A stretch of 64,000 bases of DNA from Phoronis australis (lineage: Eukaryota > Animalia > Phoronida), in the NCBI GenBank assembly GCA_002633005.1, contig NMRA01000421.1:10574-74573 (forward strand). Direction: 5' to 3'. Both the position numbers and the translations under genes were made by a program. Below the pieces are notes generated by a model. It saw only the letters and a program-made list of their open reading frames with translations. It did not search any database and was not told where the DNA came from. Positions within the stretch are counted from its first letter, which is position 1, and each line of letters opens with the position of its first letter. Positions 24,960 to 36,776 of the stretch are shown here, piece after piece.

Positions 24960-26114
24960 TTACAATCACGGTATGAAACCATCAAGAGTTGAGTAACCGT
25001 GTTCCAACACGGAGAGTAAGAATGGGTATAGGACCAGTACATTGACCGGTAGCGAGGAGCTGCCTCAAGTAGCCATATCTGAGATCTTCATTGTCACCGT
25101 GTGAAAGTACGATATTCTCGATGAACTAAAGCTAGTTGCTAGTCAGCTCAGCTCAGCTGTGATTCACTTGAAACAGGCAGCTCGTACCGGCCGTCTGCAC
25201 TTGGTCTAAGGTCTGGATTCGTTTTATTGTGATCCATTTTCGGAAAAAAAATTACTTTATTGTGGTCATCCTTTGAAGGATTTTTTTTTGAAAAGGTGAG
25301 GTCCCGACGTCCCTCGGGTATAGTTCCTTTGGGGCTGTTGCAAAATGCGTAGTTGAAACAGGACCGGTAGTCCAGTTTCTGGTGGCTGGGGAAAATAATA
25401 GTGTGTCCCAAAAATGTACACACTTCCTGAACGCCTGGAGTTCAAATTCAGTTTCCGTGGATCACTGAGATCTGCGCAGGCCTACTGCATGGATAAAACT
25501 TATTTTCAACGTGAATACGTCAGTCACGCGAATCTGGACAAGCAATCAATTCAGTTTTGAAGAACAAAAATTCACTGGTCAATACTACTGGAAACTGAAA
25601 ACACCAAGGAAGTGCAAAGACAACCTTTCCAAGAAATGAGTTTATTTTATGTATTTAAGGATTTTTAACACGTTTTTTAAATTTGCTATCTACAGTTTGT
25701 GAGTCCGAATTTCATCAATGTCTTTCAGAGTTATCTTAGATACGCAAAAATCGTCTATAAATGTACTTTACTATTTGGGAATAGGATTATAGAGTTTATC
25801 CAACTTCAGGCTGCAATTAAATTCACTGAAACATCATCAATTCTTGCAAGATTAGCTTGTAATTGTTAAAAATTATCTATGAATCTATCGATTTTCGTAG
25901 ATACATGAACAAGTAAATTAAAAACCAACGAATTTGTTCATCCAAACGGATTTATATAAGCAATTTCCAGTGGGAATATGGGAGATGCCGAAGGCATTCG
26001 TATTAATGTGTATTTTTGTTCATTTCAGAGGTAACTAATACAGTTCACGAGGTAAACTTGAACACCACTGACGAAAAAACACTGAAACCTTTGTTTATGA
26101 TTCCAAGAGTTCTT

Positions 26115-26200
26115 TGAGTACCCCCTTTCGACATGTACACAGTCATCACAAATGGCAGCCTAATGACAGCAGTGTTTTCCACACGTGGGAATTCCTGACC
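26115..26200 (-). mobile_element. Possible PIF1/Helitron helicase remnant
   Basis: Minus strand reads IRLPFVMTVYMSKGGT, resembling the conserved PIF1 C-terminal motif IRLAFAMTIHKSQGQT; only this motif was recognised. Confidence 0.35.
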
Positions 26201-27019
26201 AAGAACTAACTGTTAGTAACCATCTTCAAAAGAGCTACTATCACCCTTGCGATACCACGGGAAGTACTTACAATATTTTATAGCTAACCATCGGAAATAG
26301 ACCTTTTGTGTAATTCGAAAAGTAGTCTTCACGTTCTTCAAAATTCCACCTTTTCGATGGCGGCACTCCTACTGTATTTTTTCCCTTTTTTGGTTGTTTG
26401 GGTTTAAATGATTGTGCGGTGCACGATTGCTTTGTGCTTTTTTGGTGAATTTGGAATCTCACTTTCCATTGATAATACTTGGCAGTGTCGGATTTACATG
26501 TATAGAGGGACAAAGGGACATTTGCCCCGAACTGCTCCACCGAAAGAGGGTACCGTCTGAAATGGGACACCTTAAGATGAAAGGCTAAACATCATTAAGC
26601 TTGGAAAAATGTGACGGTACATTCCACCGTCGTGTGGTCCCAAAACGATGCAGGGAGTAACCTTTAACATGAAAGCCGGTTGCACGATTTCACAAAAAAA
26701 CGGGAAAATAGAGGTAATCGATTCCAACATTGAGTCCTATCTCCGTGAGCGGCTCCTTAAGAATTTGTCAGTAAAAACACAAAAAGGGTGGCCACTTGAA
26801 TGTCATCAATGGTTTCCTTCAAGGGCGGGGACCCTAAATATGAAAATATCTGCATTTTCAAATATCAGGAAAGGCGCATCAATTGATGATATCTGTCGGG
26901 TCATCAATTTTTCTCAAGTAACATATAGTTTCGAGAAAAATGTAAAGTGAAAGTTGTCTCCGTTATCCTCTACTGGGGAGGGGCGTGTGGAAAAATATAG
27001 CTCTGCATAAGCTTCGCTT

Positions 27020-28016
27020 TACAAATTTTCTCGATTTTTCGAAATGTATGTATGATTGATTTCGTGCACGGTTTCAATTGCGTTTAGACGACCTGTGCTG
27101 CAAAAGCGGAGCCCCTAACCACAATGTCCTGGCCAGGGTCCTCAGAAGGTAAACTATGCACTGATGCAGAGTTGTTAAATGTTCTCTTGAATTTTCTCTA
27201 TTTTCCGTATTTCGTAGTCTTTCTTTACTGGACTGTTAACGGCCCCACGCCTATGTCGGTTGCCACGGTTTAAGCGCCGCCTGAAAAATTTTGGAGGGGC
27301 CTGTGCCCCCCCCCTCCCCCCGCTTCCTACAGCCCTGCAATAGGGCCGTCCCGGATTACACAGTGGTACTCTATCTCTCTGTATTTACCTACAATGCGTA
27401 AACATACGTCAGGCACATTTGCTACTGTACCTCGTTTTCATGCCATTGCAGTTTTTACGTGTTACTATTTGTTGTCTGATTCTTTACAAGTTTTTCACGG
27501 TTGCTGTATTCCATTCGTCCTTCCAATGCCAACTAAGTATTTCTGCTGTGCTGTGGGCTGAAGCTCCGACGTGAGAAAGTTTGATAAACGCCCGGGCGTT
27601 TATTCGGAAAAGTTGGGAGCATAAACGGAAAATCGTAATTTTCCTGGCCTCTGAGAAATGTAGTTTTGCATTCGCAAAATTGTCTTATCGAATTTAAAAA
27701 TCCAGTAAATGAATACGATCCTCAATTGCTCCGCCATACAACTTTTTTCGATTTTTCGAAATGTACATATGAATGGTTAAGGACACGTTTTCAACTGCCT
27801 TTAGACGACCTGTGCTGCAAGAACAGAGACCTTAACAACAATATCCTGCCTAGGGCCCTAAAAAGGTAAACCTTGCACTGATACTCACTTTTCAAGTGTC
27901 TTCTTGAATTCCATACCGTCCCCGGCCCCATGTCTATGTTGGTTGCCACGGTTTAACCCTGACGCCTGCAATTTTTGGGGATTGTACATGCGCCCGACCG
28001 CTTCCTACAGCCATGC
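27020..28016 (+). repeat. Two diverged direct copies of a MITE right arm
   Basis: cgatttttcgaaatgta...tttagacgacctgtgctgcaa...ggttgccacggtttaa...cgcttcctacagcc at ~27030-27338 and ~27750-28016. Confidence 0.65.
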
Positions 28017-31000
28017 TAGCGAGGTTTCTTTTGATCTCACGCACACCCGACTTTCCCCGGTTATTCCCAGTGCTAGTGAGAGGGTAGCATGCTGAACGTG
28101 TTGGCTTTGTCGACTCGGTTACAAACCACGCAGCTGTCTGGATGTATTGAATTATGGTTTCTGGTTGTTTTTACTTTTCCATGTTTAAAGTTTTGTGCAT
28201 ATCTGTCTTGATTACGGAAAACCTTCAAATTTTGTTTTTGAAGCACAAAAATCGGCGTACGGATAGTGAAATTACAGTACAGAGACCAGTTTTATAGTGA
28301 CCAGCGTCTTTGCCTGGCTCGGTAGAGACGGTGTAGCTGCTACAGCAGCTTCATACGCCAGAAGCTTTTCGGCGAAATCTGCCTCACATTGATTAAAAAC
28401 ACAAAATCACGTTGTTATATGTACCTTTTGGCTATAAAGAGACACCTTAGGAGACCTTCGATGTCTTTAATTTCTTCCAACTCGATCAAATACTCCCGTT
28501 ATCAAACCTTTTCTTCGAACAGTACCTCGTTCAGTTCCCAAAATCGGTATCTGGCCATTTTTGCACTGCGCACGCCAGGGAATATGACGTCATACCACTT
28601 GCAGCGCGCACTGTTAAAATTGGCCAGTTTCCGTGAGTCAATTCTAAAACTTGAGGGAGTGGCTATAATTGTTTGCAAGAGAGGGGGACTTGAGGACATT
28701 ACATAACGCTAAATCGTCGTGAGACCGTCCGGAGTTGGTATATGGTGCAACTCTGGACAGTCTGGGGTCAACAGAAAACCCACAATTCAATTGTGAGTCT
28801 ACACCAATGTGATAAACGAGAATGGTTCTACTTGCTGCGTCAGCTACAAGTATGCTTATCTCTTTTATGACACACAATGTGTGACTGGGCAAAGCGTTTT
28901 CAAAATAATGTGGATAAATCAGTGGAGTGTGAGACACCTGGGGTCCCTGTCAAGTCCACACGACAATTCTACATATACCTTATGAGCGGAAAATTGATGA
29001 CATCCCGCGAGGCGACGTCAAAATTCAAGGGACACTCGAATGGACAATCCATCCCCGCTCCTATTGGTGAGTCACATTGCAGAGCTGATTTTAACATTGT
29101 GGCGTACACGCAATTACCTATGCAATCCCTCCGGTGGACTCGAGTATGCCCTGTCCATACCAAAGCAGTTGTAACTTTTAAAACTGATTGAAAAACCTGA
29201 CCAATTTTCTTCTCGTCGCTTCGTTACTGGTCGTGACTTAAAAATGTATTGAATACCATACTACATTCCCACCTAATACGTTTCGTGGGTCTGAGTCCAT
29301 TTGACAAACCACCTTTTGCGGAAATGCTAAAAAGGTAAAACATTAGCCAGGATCACATAAGTTAGAACTGTTAGTTAACACCTGCCATATATTGGTGACA
29401 TCACGTAACCTACATGCGTATAAAGTCTGGACAGATCTATGTCACGATCGGGGTTCGAACTTGGAATTTCTGCTCGCCTTGCGGACGTGGCGTGTATGAA
29501 AACTAAGTGTTTTCACTTACAGGACATCAGCATGCTGATTGATAAGAAAATGATTATATTAACCAGGATCATCTTTGCTCGATGTTTCACTTAATTGTGC
29601 TCATCTGATGAAAAATGACCCGGCCAATGAGTCATTTTCACTAATTTAAAATTTAAAGTGGCATGGAACGCGATAGCTCGTCAAAAATATTTTAAACGAT
29701 TCCTGACGAAGATGCCATCTCGCAACGTTTATTATAGAATTTTTAATTTCCCCTGTGAGGGACTTTCCTTGAAAAATGACGTTCACAATGTTTGAAATAC
29801 TCAGAAAGGAAAAACTCTGTAGTTACCTCAGAGTTTCTAATCTCCCTCCCCTCGCTCTTATGATAAATGCGCGCATGCGCTCACGCTCATTCGGCAAACA
29901 GCTGACTGACAAGAGGCATAGGCAAGCTTAACTCCTGGTGCCAAAAGAGCTGCTTTGAGTTATGTAATCTTTGTCTGAATCATGATGTTGTGCAGAATCC
30001 AATTACACAAAGTAAACAGTTGGGATGTCAAGTTTTTCCACTAAGCAATTTACTAACAGAACGTATTGTGTTGATTCCGTGACTTTCACTCTTCAAATTA
30101 ATGTACATCTCCTATGATAGTAAGGCATTTTTTCATTTGACGTTACTAAAACGTACTTCCGTTAGACGAACGTAAAAACAACTCAGTCGCGTTTGTGAAA
30201 GCGAGAACTAAAAAATTAAGAGTGAACAACCACAACCAAGTTGTTCATATGAGACACATGTTAAGTGGCTCCTGCTGGGGTATCGGGCTCAAAATCTGAA
30301 GTACTCACCCCAGCCAAGGCTGATCGTTCCCGACCGCACTGCGCAAAACTCGGGTCACTCGCCTCAGGAGAAAACTTGGCACTGGATATAAACGGCAGAT
30401 TATCATGTCTGCTCCCACTCCGAATCTGAGGTCGACACCACAGTGATGAGACAAGCCAATGAAGCAAATATTTTCCCAAAGAGAGTTCCATATGCAGTTT
30501 AGAATATATTTGAATATTACGATACTTTTGTATCGGGCTGCTGCTTGAAGTCGCCATTGCGTTGTTTGCATCAAATGTCATAAGTCAGATTTTCCATGAG
30601 TATTGTCATGCCATAACAAATAAGGAGACGTGATTTGCCTTGTGGGAGAAAAATCAACGAAGAGACAAGCAATTGACAGGTCGTTTTTTTTTAATTTGAA
30701 ACTAATAAACATCAACGGAAAGTCCACGTGTTTACGATTAAACCGTAAAATTATCTGGAGAACACGTTGAATTGTGTTTCAGTGTCAGAGAGCCACTCTG
30801 AATAACGCAATTTTGTTTATCGCGTTCTAGGCCTCTTTAAAGCTACACCACCACTGGAAATATGTCGTTAAACAGTATCAGTGAATTCGTCCATGGCTTG
30901 CAGTCTAGCTATATGAATTCCGCAGTTAAAAGGGCCCCCGAAGTCAAACTTATAATCTAACTTTTACACTGCACGTCTGGTATCGAGTGACAGTTGATCT

Positions 31001-31130
31001 ACAATATAAACAAACCAACCGATAACTCGTTGATTTTAAGCGTAATGGTTGGCTGTTTTGATACAGCGACCGGTATTATTCAAGCATTATTATTCAAGCA
31101 TTAGATGGCTTAGTTTGTTTCAGTCGAATC

Positions 31131-32591
31131 ATGGCCACTCTGACATTGACGTTTTTATTCGTACTTTTACTGACTGTCTGGATAACAGGGATTGTAACGT
31201 TGTGGTTGCTCAATCTCATTGGCTCTGCTAAATTTTCAGTATCTACCCATTCAGCAACGCGCACATTAGAAATTGCTGAGAACCAGAGGCGGCTACTGCA
31301 ACTTGACGATCAACGACAGAAGTTGCAACGGAGGCTTGCGAGCCTGTTGAAACGCTACGGAATCTTGACACATAAACTGAAACAACGCTACCCACCTGAA
31401 ACGTATTTACAGCAGAAGTTAAGTACATGCATTCAATCAGAGAATTATCTGAAAAAGCAAGTATTGGGCGCCGAGGTATTGACGGGCAAGCGATACAGAA
31501 GCGAACATGACACCTCGGTTTTCACAGCGTTTTCATTGGATCCACCCATGGTTCACACGAGCCAGACCGTTTTCAGCAACAGCGTGTCTCACGCGCCTCG
31601 CGGAGATCACTCAGAAGATCTTCAAGAAGTAGTTAAGTATTCACTGAACCTCCTGCTGAAAGAAAAGCGAAATGTGACACTGCAGTTTCTTCAAGGACTG
31701 TATCGTCTACTACCAAAGCACGGTGCACATTACCTATTGGCGTTCAACACAAGTAGTCAAGGTCGAAGTGCCGTCACCATGGCTACAATGTTTCGGCCGT
31801 TTGCACCCACGGTTTTGTCAAAAGTAGAGAAAGTCAGTTTTGGCAAGTCTCAGGCACACGTACACGTGGTCCTCCCTTTGTCTGGTCGCTTAAAGGAGTT
31901 TGAAAATTTCATCAGCCATTTCCGTGAACTTCAAACTGCAGAGAATTTAGTGCTGACAATTGTGTATTTCGGTTCAGTTGAGCTGAATGCTGTGAAGATG
32001 AAGTTACGCAGTCTCGGCCTACAACCTCCAATAGCGAATGTAATTCATCTGAATCGAAACTTCTCACGAGCTAAGGGACTGCAGGTCGGTGCGTTCAGCT
32101 GGAAGGGTGGTGATGTTATCACTTTTTTCACCGACGTTGATGTGATATTCCGCAAAAACTTTATACGAAGATGCCGTATCTACACTCATCCAAATAAGAA
32201 TGTTTATTTTCCAATAGTTTTTAGCCATTACAACCCTAAGTATATACAAAATTTGCCAAAGTCTCTTGACTCGATGGAGAACCGTGGGTACTGGCGCGGC
32301 TACGGGTTTGGTATGAGCTGTCAGTATCTATCTGATTTTAAAAAGATGACAGGGTTTGAGAATGGTGTGAAAGGATGGGGGGGAGAGGACATAGTGTTGT
32401 ACCGTCGATACTTGGCAAGTGACCTGATGGTGATACGTGCTTTCGATGTAGACATTGAGCATATATGGCATCCCAAATACTGCGACGCATTGTCACGTGA
32501 CTCCAAAAAAAGGGTCTGGTGCCAGAGAGTAAGGGCAACAAATGAAGGTTCGAGAAGGGTGTTGGCTATGATTATGAACGGCAACGTTTAG
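31131..32591 (+). CDS. CSGALNACT: Chondroitin sulfate N-acetylgalactosaminyltransferase (CHGN/GT7), single coding exon, 486 aa
   Basis: N-terminal TM plus coiled coil; FSRAKGL, FFTDVD (DxD), YFPIVFS.YNP, GYWRGYGFGMSCQY.SDF, GWGGED and HIWHPKYC motifs. Acceptor ends at 31123; AATAAA at 32598. Confidence 0.92.
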   Translation: MATLTLTFLFVLLLTVWITGIVTLWLLNLIGSAKFSVSTHSATRTLEIAENQRRLLQLDDQRQKLQRRLASLLKRYGILTHKLKQRYPPETYLQQKLSTCIQSENYLKKQVLGAEVLTGKRYRSEHDTSVFTAFSLDPPMVHTSQTVFSNSVSHAPRGDHSEDLQEVVKYSLNLLLKEKRNVTLQFLQGLYRLLPKHGAHYLLAFNTSSQGRSAVTMATMFRPFAPTVLSKVEKVSFGKSQAHVHVVLPLSGRLKEFENFISHFRELQTAENLVLTIVYFGSVELNAVKMKLRSLGLQPPIANVIHLNRNFSRAKGLQVGAFSWKGGDVITFFTDVDVIFRKNFIRRCRIYTHPNKNVYFPIVFSHYNPKYIQNLPKSLDSMENRGYWRGYGFGMSCQYLSDFKKMTGFENGVKGWGGEDIVLYRRYLASDLMVIRAFDVDIEHIWHPKYCDALSRDSKKRVWCQRVRATNEGSRRVLAMIMNGNV

Positions 32592-34886
32592 TTGTTCAAT
32601 AAATGTTAGCCGTTACCAATTCGTAGTAGACATTCATGTCCGCTGATCGATAAAGTTCCATCAGACGCCAATTGTTGTGTTTTGTTTATCGTTATACCTG
32701 CTTTAATCATGCTGAGACCGTTCCTTAATTTCTTGCGTTGCCAGTATTTTTAGAACACTGTCTCCATTTGATTCTTCAGTAGAATGTAACTCCCGCGCAC
32801 TTGTAGTAGNCCCGTGCCCCCCCCCCTCTCCCCCCGCTTCCTACAGCCCTGCAATAGGGCCGTCCCGGATTACACAGTGGTACTCTATCTCTCTGTATTT
32901 ACCTACAATGCGTAAACATCCGTCAGACACATTTGCTACTGTACCTCGTTTTCATGCCATTGTAGTTTCACGTGTTACTATTTGTTGTCTGATTCTTTAC
33001 AAGTTTTTCACGATTGCTGTATTCCATTCGTCCTTCCAATGCCAACGAAGTATTTCTGCTGTGCTGTGGGCTGAAGCTCCGACGTGAGAAAGTTTGATAA
33101 ACGCCCGGGTGTTTATTCGGAAAAGTTGGGAGTGTAAACGGAAAATCGTAATTTTCCTGGCCTCTGAAAAATGTAGTTTTGCATTCGCAAAATTGTCTTA
33201 TCGAATTTAAAAATCCAGTAAATGAATACGCTCCTCAATTGCTCCGCCATACAACTTTTTTCGAGTTTTCGAAATGTGCATATGAATGGTTTAGGACACG
33301 TTTTCAACTGCGTTTAGACGACCTGTGCTGCAAGAAGAGAGACTTTAACAACAATATCCTGCCCAGGGCCCTAAAAGGGTAAACCTTGCACTGATACTCA
33401 CTTATCAAGTGTCTTCTTGAATTTCAGACCGTCCCCGGCCCCATGTCTATGTTGGTTGCCATGGTTTAACCCTGACGCCTGCAAATTTAGGGGATTGTAC
33501 ATGCCCCCGACCGCTTCCAACAGCCATGCTAGCGAGGTTTCTTTTGATCTCACGCACACCCGACTTTCCCCGGTTATTCCCAGTGCTAGTGAGAGGGTAG
33601 CATGCTGAACGTTTCGGCTTTGTCGACTCGGTTACAAACCACGCAGCTGCCTGGATGTATTGAATTATGGTTTCTGGTTGTTTTTACTTTTCCATGTTTA
33701 ACGTTTTGTGCATATCTGTCTTGATTACGGAAAACCTTCAAATTTTGTTTTTGAAGCACAAAAATCGGCGTACGATAGTGAAGTTACAGTACAGAGACCA
33801 GTTTTATAGTGACCACCGTCTTTGCCTGGCTCGGTAGAGACGGTGTAGCTGCTACAGCAGCTTCATACGCGCCGGAAGCTTTTCGGCGAAATTTGCCTCA
33901 CATTGATTAAAAAAACAAAATCACGTTGTTAGATGTACCCTTTGGCTATAAAGAGACACCTTAGGAGACCGTCGATGTCTTTAATTCCTTCCAACTCGAT
34001 ACTCCCGTTATCAAACCTTTTCTTCGAACAGCACCTCGTTCAGTTCCCAAAATCGGTATCTGGCCATTTTTACACTGCGCACGCCAGGGAATATGACGTC
34101 ATACCACTTGCAGCGCGCACTGTTAAAATTGGCCAGTTTGGCGTGAGTCAATTCTAAAACTTGAGGGAGTGGCTATAATTGTTTGCAAGAGAGGGGGACT
34201 TGAGGACAGTACATAACGCTAAATCGTCGTGAGAGACCGTCCGGAGTTGTGATAAACGAGAATGGTTCTACTTGCTGCGTCAGCTGCAGGTATGCTTATC
34301 TCTTTTATGACACACAATGTGTGACTGGGCGAAGTGTTTTCAAAATAATGTGGGTAAATCAGTGGAGTGTGAGACCCCTGAGGTCCCTGTCAAGTCCACA
34401 CGACAATTCTACCTTATGAGCGGAAAATTGGTGACATCCCACGAGGCGACGCCAAAACTAAACAAGGGACATTCGAATGGACAATCCACCCCCGCTCTTA
34501 TTGGTGAGTCATTTGCAGAGCTGATTTTAACATTGGTGGCCGGTACACGCAATTACCTATGCATTCCCTCCGGTGGACTCGAGTATGCCCTGTCCATACC
34601 AAAGCAGTTGTAACTTTTAAAACTGATTGAAAAACCTGACCAATTTTCTTCTCGTCGCTTCGTTACTGGTCTTGACTTAAAAATGTATTGAATACCATAC
34701 TACATTCCCACCTAATACGTTGGGTCTGAGTCCATTTGACAAACCACCTCTTGCGGAAATGCTAAAAAGGTAAAACATTAGCCAGTATCACATAAGTAAG
34801 AACTGTTAGTCTTAACACCTGTCATATGTTGGGGACATCACGTAACCTACATGCGTATAAAGTCTGGACAGATCTATGTCATGATC

Positions 34887-35491
34887 GCAGAATGGTGAAT
34901 GTTGGCCAATTCCCTTTTTGTCCACTGACGTCACAAGCATACTGTCGCCCCCAGTGGAGGCCCTGAGAACTCGTAAATAAACCGAGTTCATGAACCCGGT
35001 AGTATCCAGCCTAGCAACGGCCGAGCCAAGCTGGCGAACAGACTTGTATTTATTGTGGGACGTTGAGTATCGCTTTTTTCTAAAAACATAATGCATGGTA
35101 TATAATAATGAATGGTGTATAGTACCAATTAATTATGATTGAAAGATTCCTTTTTAGTCGAGCGTAAACGAGGCTATTTCGCGTGGGGATAAAACTTTGG
35201 ATTTGCCGGCGTGTGTAACACAGAACAGTTGGATCGTGTTGCAGGATCCCTAGAGTGAATATTCCAATTTTCTTAATTGATTGGAACAATATTGATTTTC
35301 TGAGAGGTATGACATGCAACATTATTTAAAAAACACACTAAAACATAGCGACTCTGGAAAAATCATAAAAAATACTTTAACCACAGTCGCCAACATGCTT
35401 GTTTACGAGTTCTCAGGGCCTCCACTGGGGGCGCCAGTATGCTTGTGACGTCAGTAGACAAAAGGGAATTGGCCAACATTCACCATTGTGC
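34887..35491. mobile_element. 605-bp MITE with ~90-bp TIRs and 9-bp TSD (Mutator-like)
   Basis: TIR gca(g/c)aatggtgaatgttggccaattccc...; TSD gtcatgatc at 34878-34886 and 35492-35500; empty site gtcacgatc at ~29440. Confidence 0.88.
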
Positions 35492-35646
35492 GTCATGATC
35501 GGGGTTCGAACTTGGAATTTCTGCTCGCCGTGCGGACGTGGCGTGTATGAAAACTAAGTGTTTTCACTTACACGACATCAGCATGCTGATTGATAAGAAA
35601 ATGATTATATTAACCAGGATCATCTTTGCTCGATGTTTCACTTAAT

Positions 35647-36776
35647 AGTCCTTTTGCGAGTTTATAACAACAACGCGAGATTATGTGAAACTTAACTGTG
35701 ACGTCACGGGAAGTGGGGCAAAAGCTTCAGTGTCGTTTGGCTAATTTGCCCAATACGTTAGCAGAGTGTATTCTGTTATTTTCTTCCACTTTTTGGCAGT
35801 TTAGTTCGAAAAATGCCAAACAAGCATTGCTGTCATGGCAAATTAAATTCAGATTCGCACTACAATACGTTCTATCGCGTTTTGTGCTAATTTCGTTTCG
35901 TGTATTTTAAACGGGCGATAGGCGAAATCCGCTCACTGATTAAGTTTTCACCACGTCAAAAATACATTCTACATCTAAAATTATCACCTAAAAAGGCGCT
36001 TACTTTATTCAGTGGTCCTTTCTTCTTCTAAACATATCTTCGATGAAGCATCATAGCTAACGGAATTCAGGTGACTTTGGCGAAGAAGTCCAAATCCACA
36101 TTGTGGTTACTGATAACTTAAACCGCGCGCGCGCGATAACCAGAAAGTAGTTCAACTGGAGACTGAGTGATGCGCGAGAACTGGCGCGTGACACTTGCAA
36201 AATAACATGAGAACATATCAAGTGAATTTGTAAGATTTGTGTTCCTTGGACTTATTGTTCGTGATTTCGTGTAACTTCCTCAAAATGAAGCCCTGTGAGA
36301 GATACTTGAGCGAACTGCGAGGTTTTCATGGAAGGTTCAAGTTATTTGTAGACCGCTAAATTGTATCCAGAGTCAGGGTATGTGTTAATTAATTATAACT
36401 CCATGTGCGCATATGCATGTTGCATTTGATTTTATTTGCTGTATTTTGAAGTGAGTAACTTTTTATGGGGATAAACTTTCGCTCCGGTATGCCTGCGGCA
36501 TTCAGGCCTAGACCGGGTTGGGTTCCAATTTCAGTCCGTTCACAGCTTCGCACAACATAACAAGTTCACATTTTCTTCGCCCATTCACAGTTATTCCCCG
36601 ATCCATCTACCATCTTTTAAGTTGTGTTAACGTTTTAAGCGTAAAATTCACCATAAGAACTCCAGTAAAATTTAGCGTGTGTAACAAAGACTCGGGACCA
36701 AACAAGAGCAATATGGCGGATTTTGCCCCTTTTCCGGTGACGTCACATTGACTAACGAGAAACTTGCAAGTGAGCT
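35647..36776. mobile_element. 1130-bp non-autonomous DNA transposon, AG...CT termini, AT TSD (ISL2EU/Harbinger-group-like)
   Basis: Empty site cacttaATtgtgc at ~29594; filled site cacttaAT-agtccttttgcgagttt...aaacttgcaagtgagct-ATtgtgc. Inverted subterminal tgtgacgtcac motifs. Confidence 0.8.

Noticed and set aside
27540-27580. Possible 2A-like DVExNPGP motif and PHD of a LINE on the minus strand
   Set aside because: Needs a frameshift, lacks NPGP, and is not supported by the related copy at ~15630.
31243-32584. Antisense ORFs over CSGALNACT (and over SLC35D exons and the RT)
   Set aside because: Short shadow ORFs of real coding sequence.
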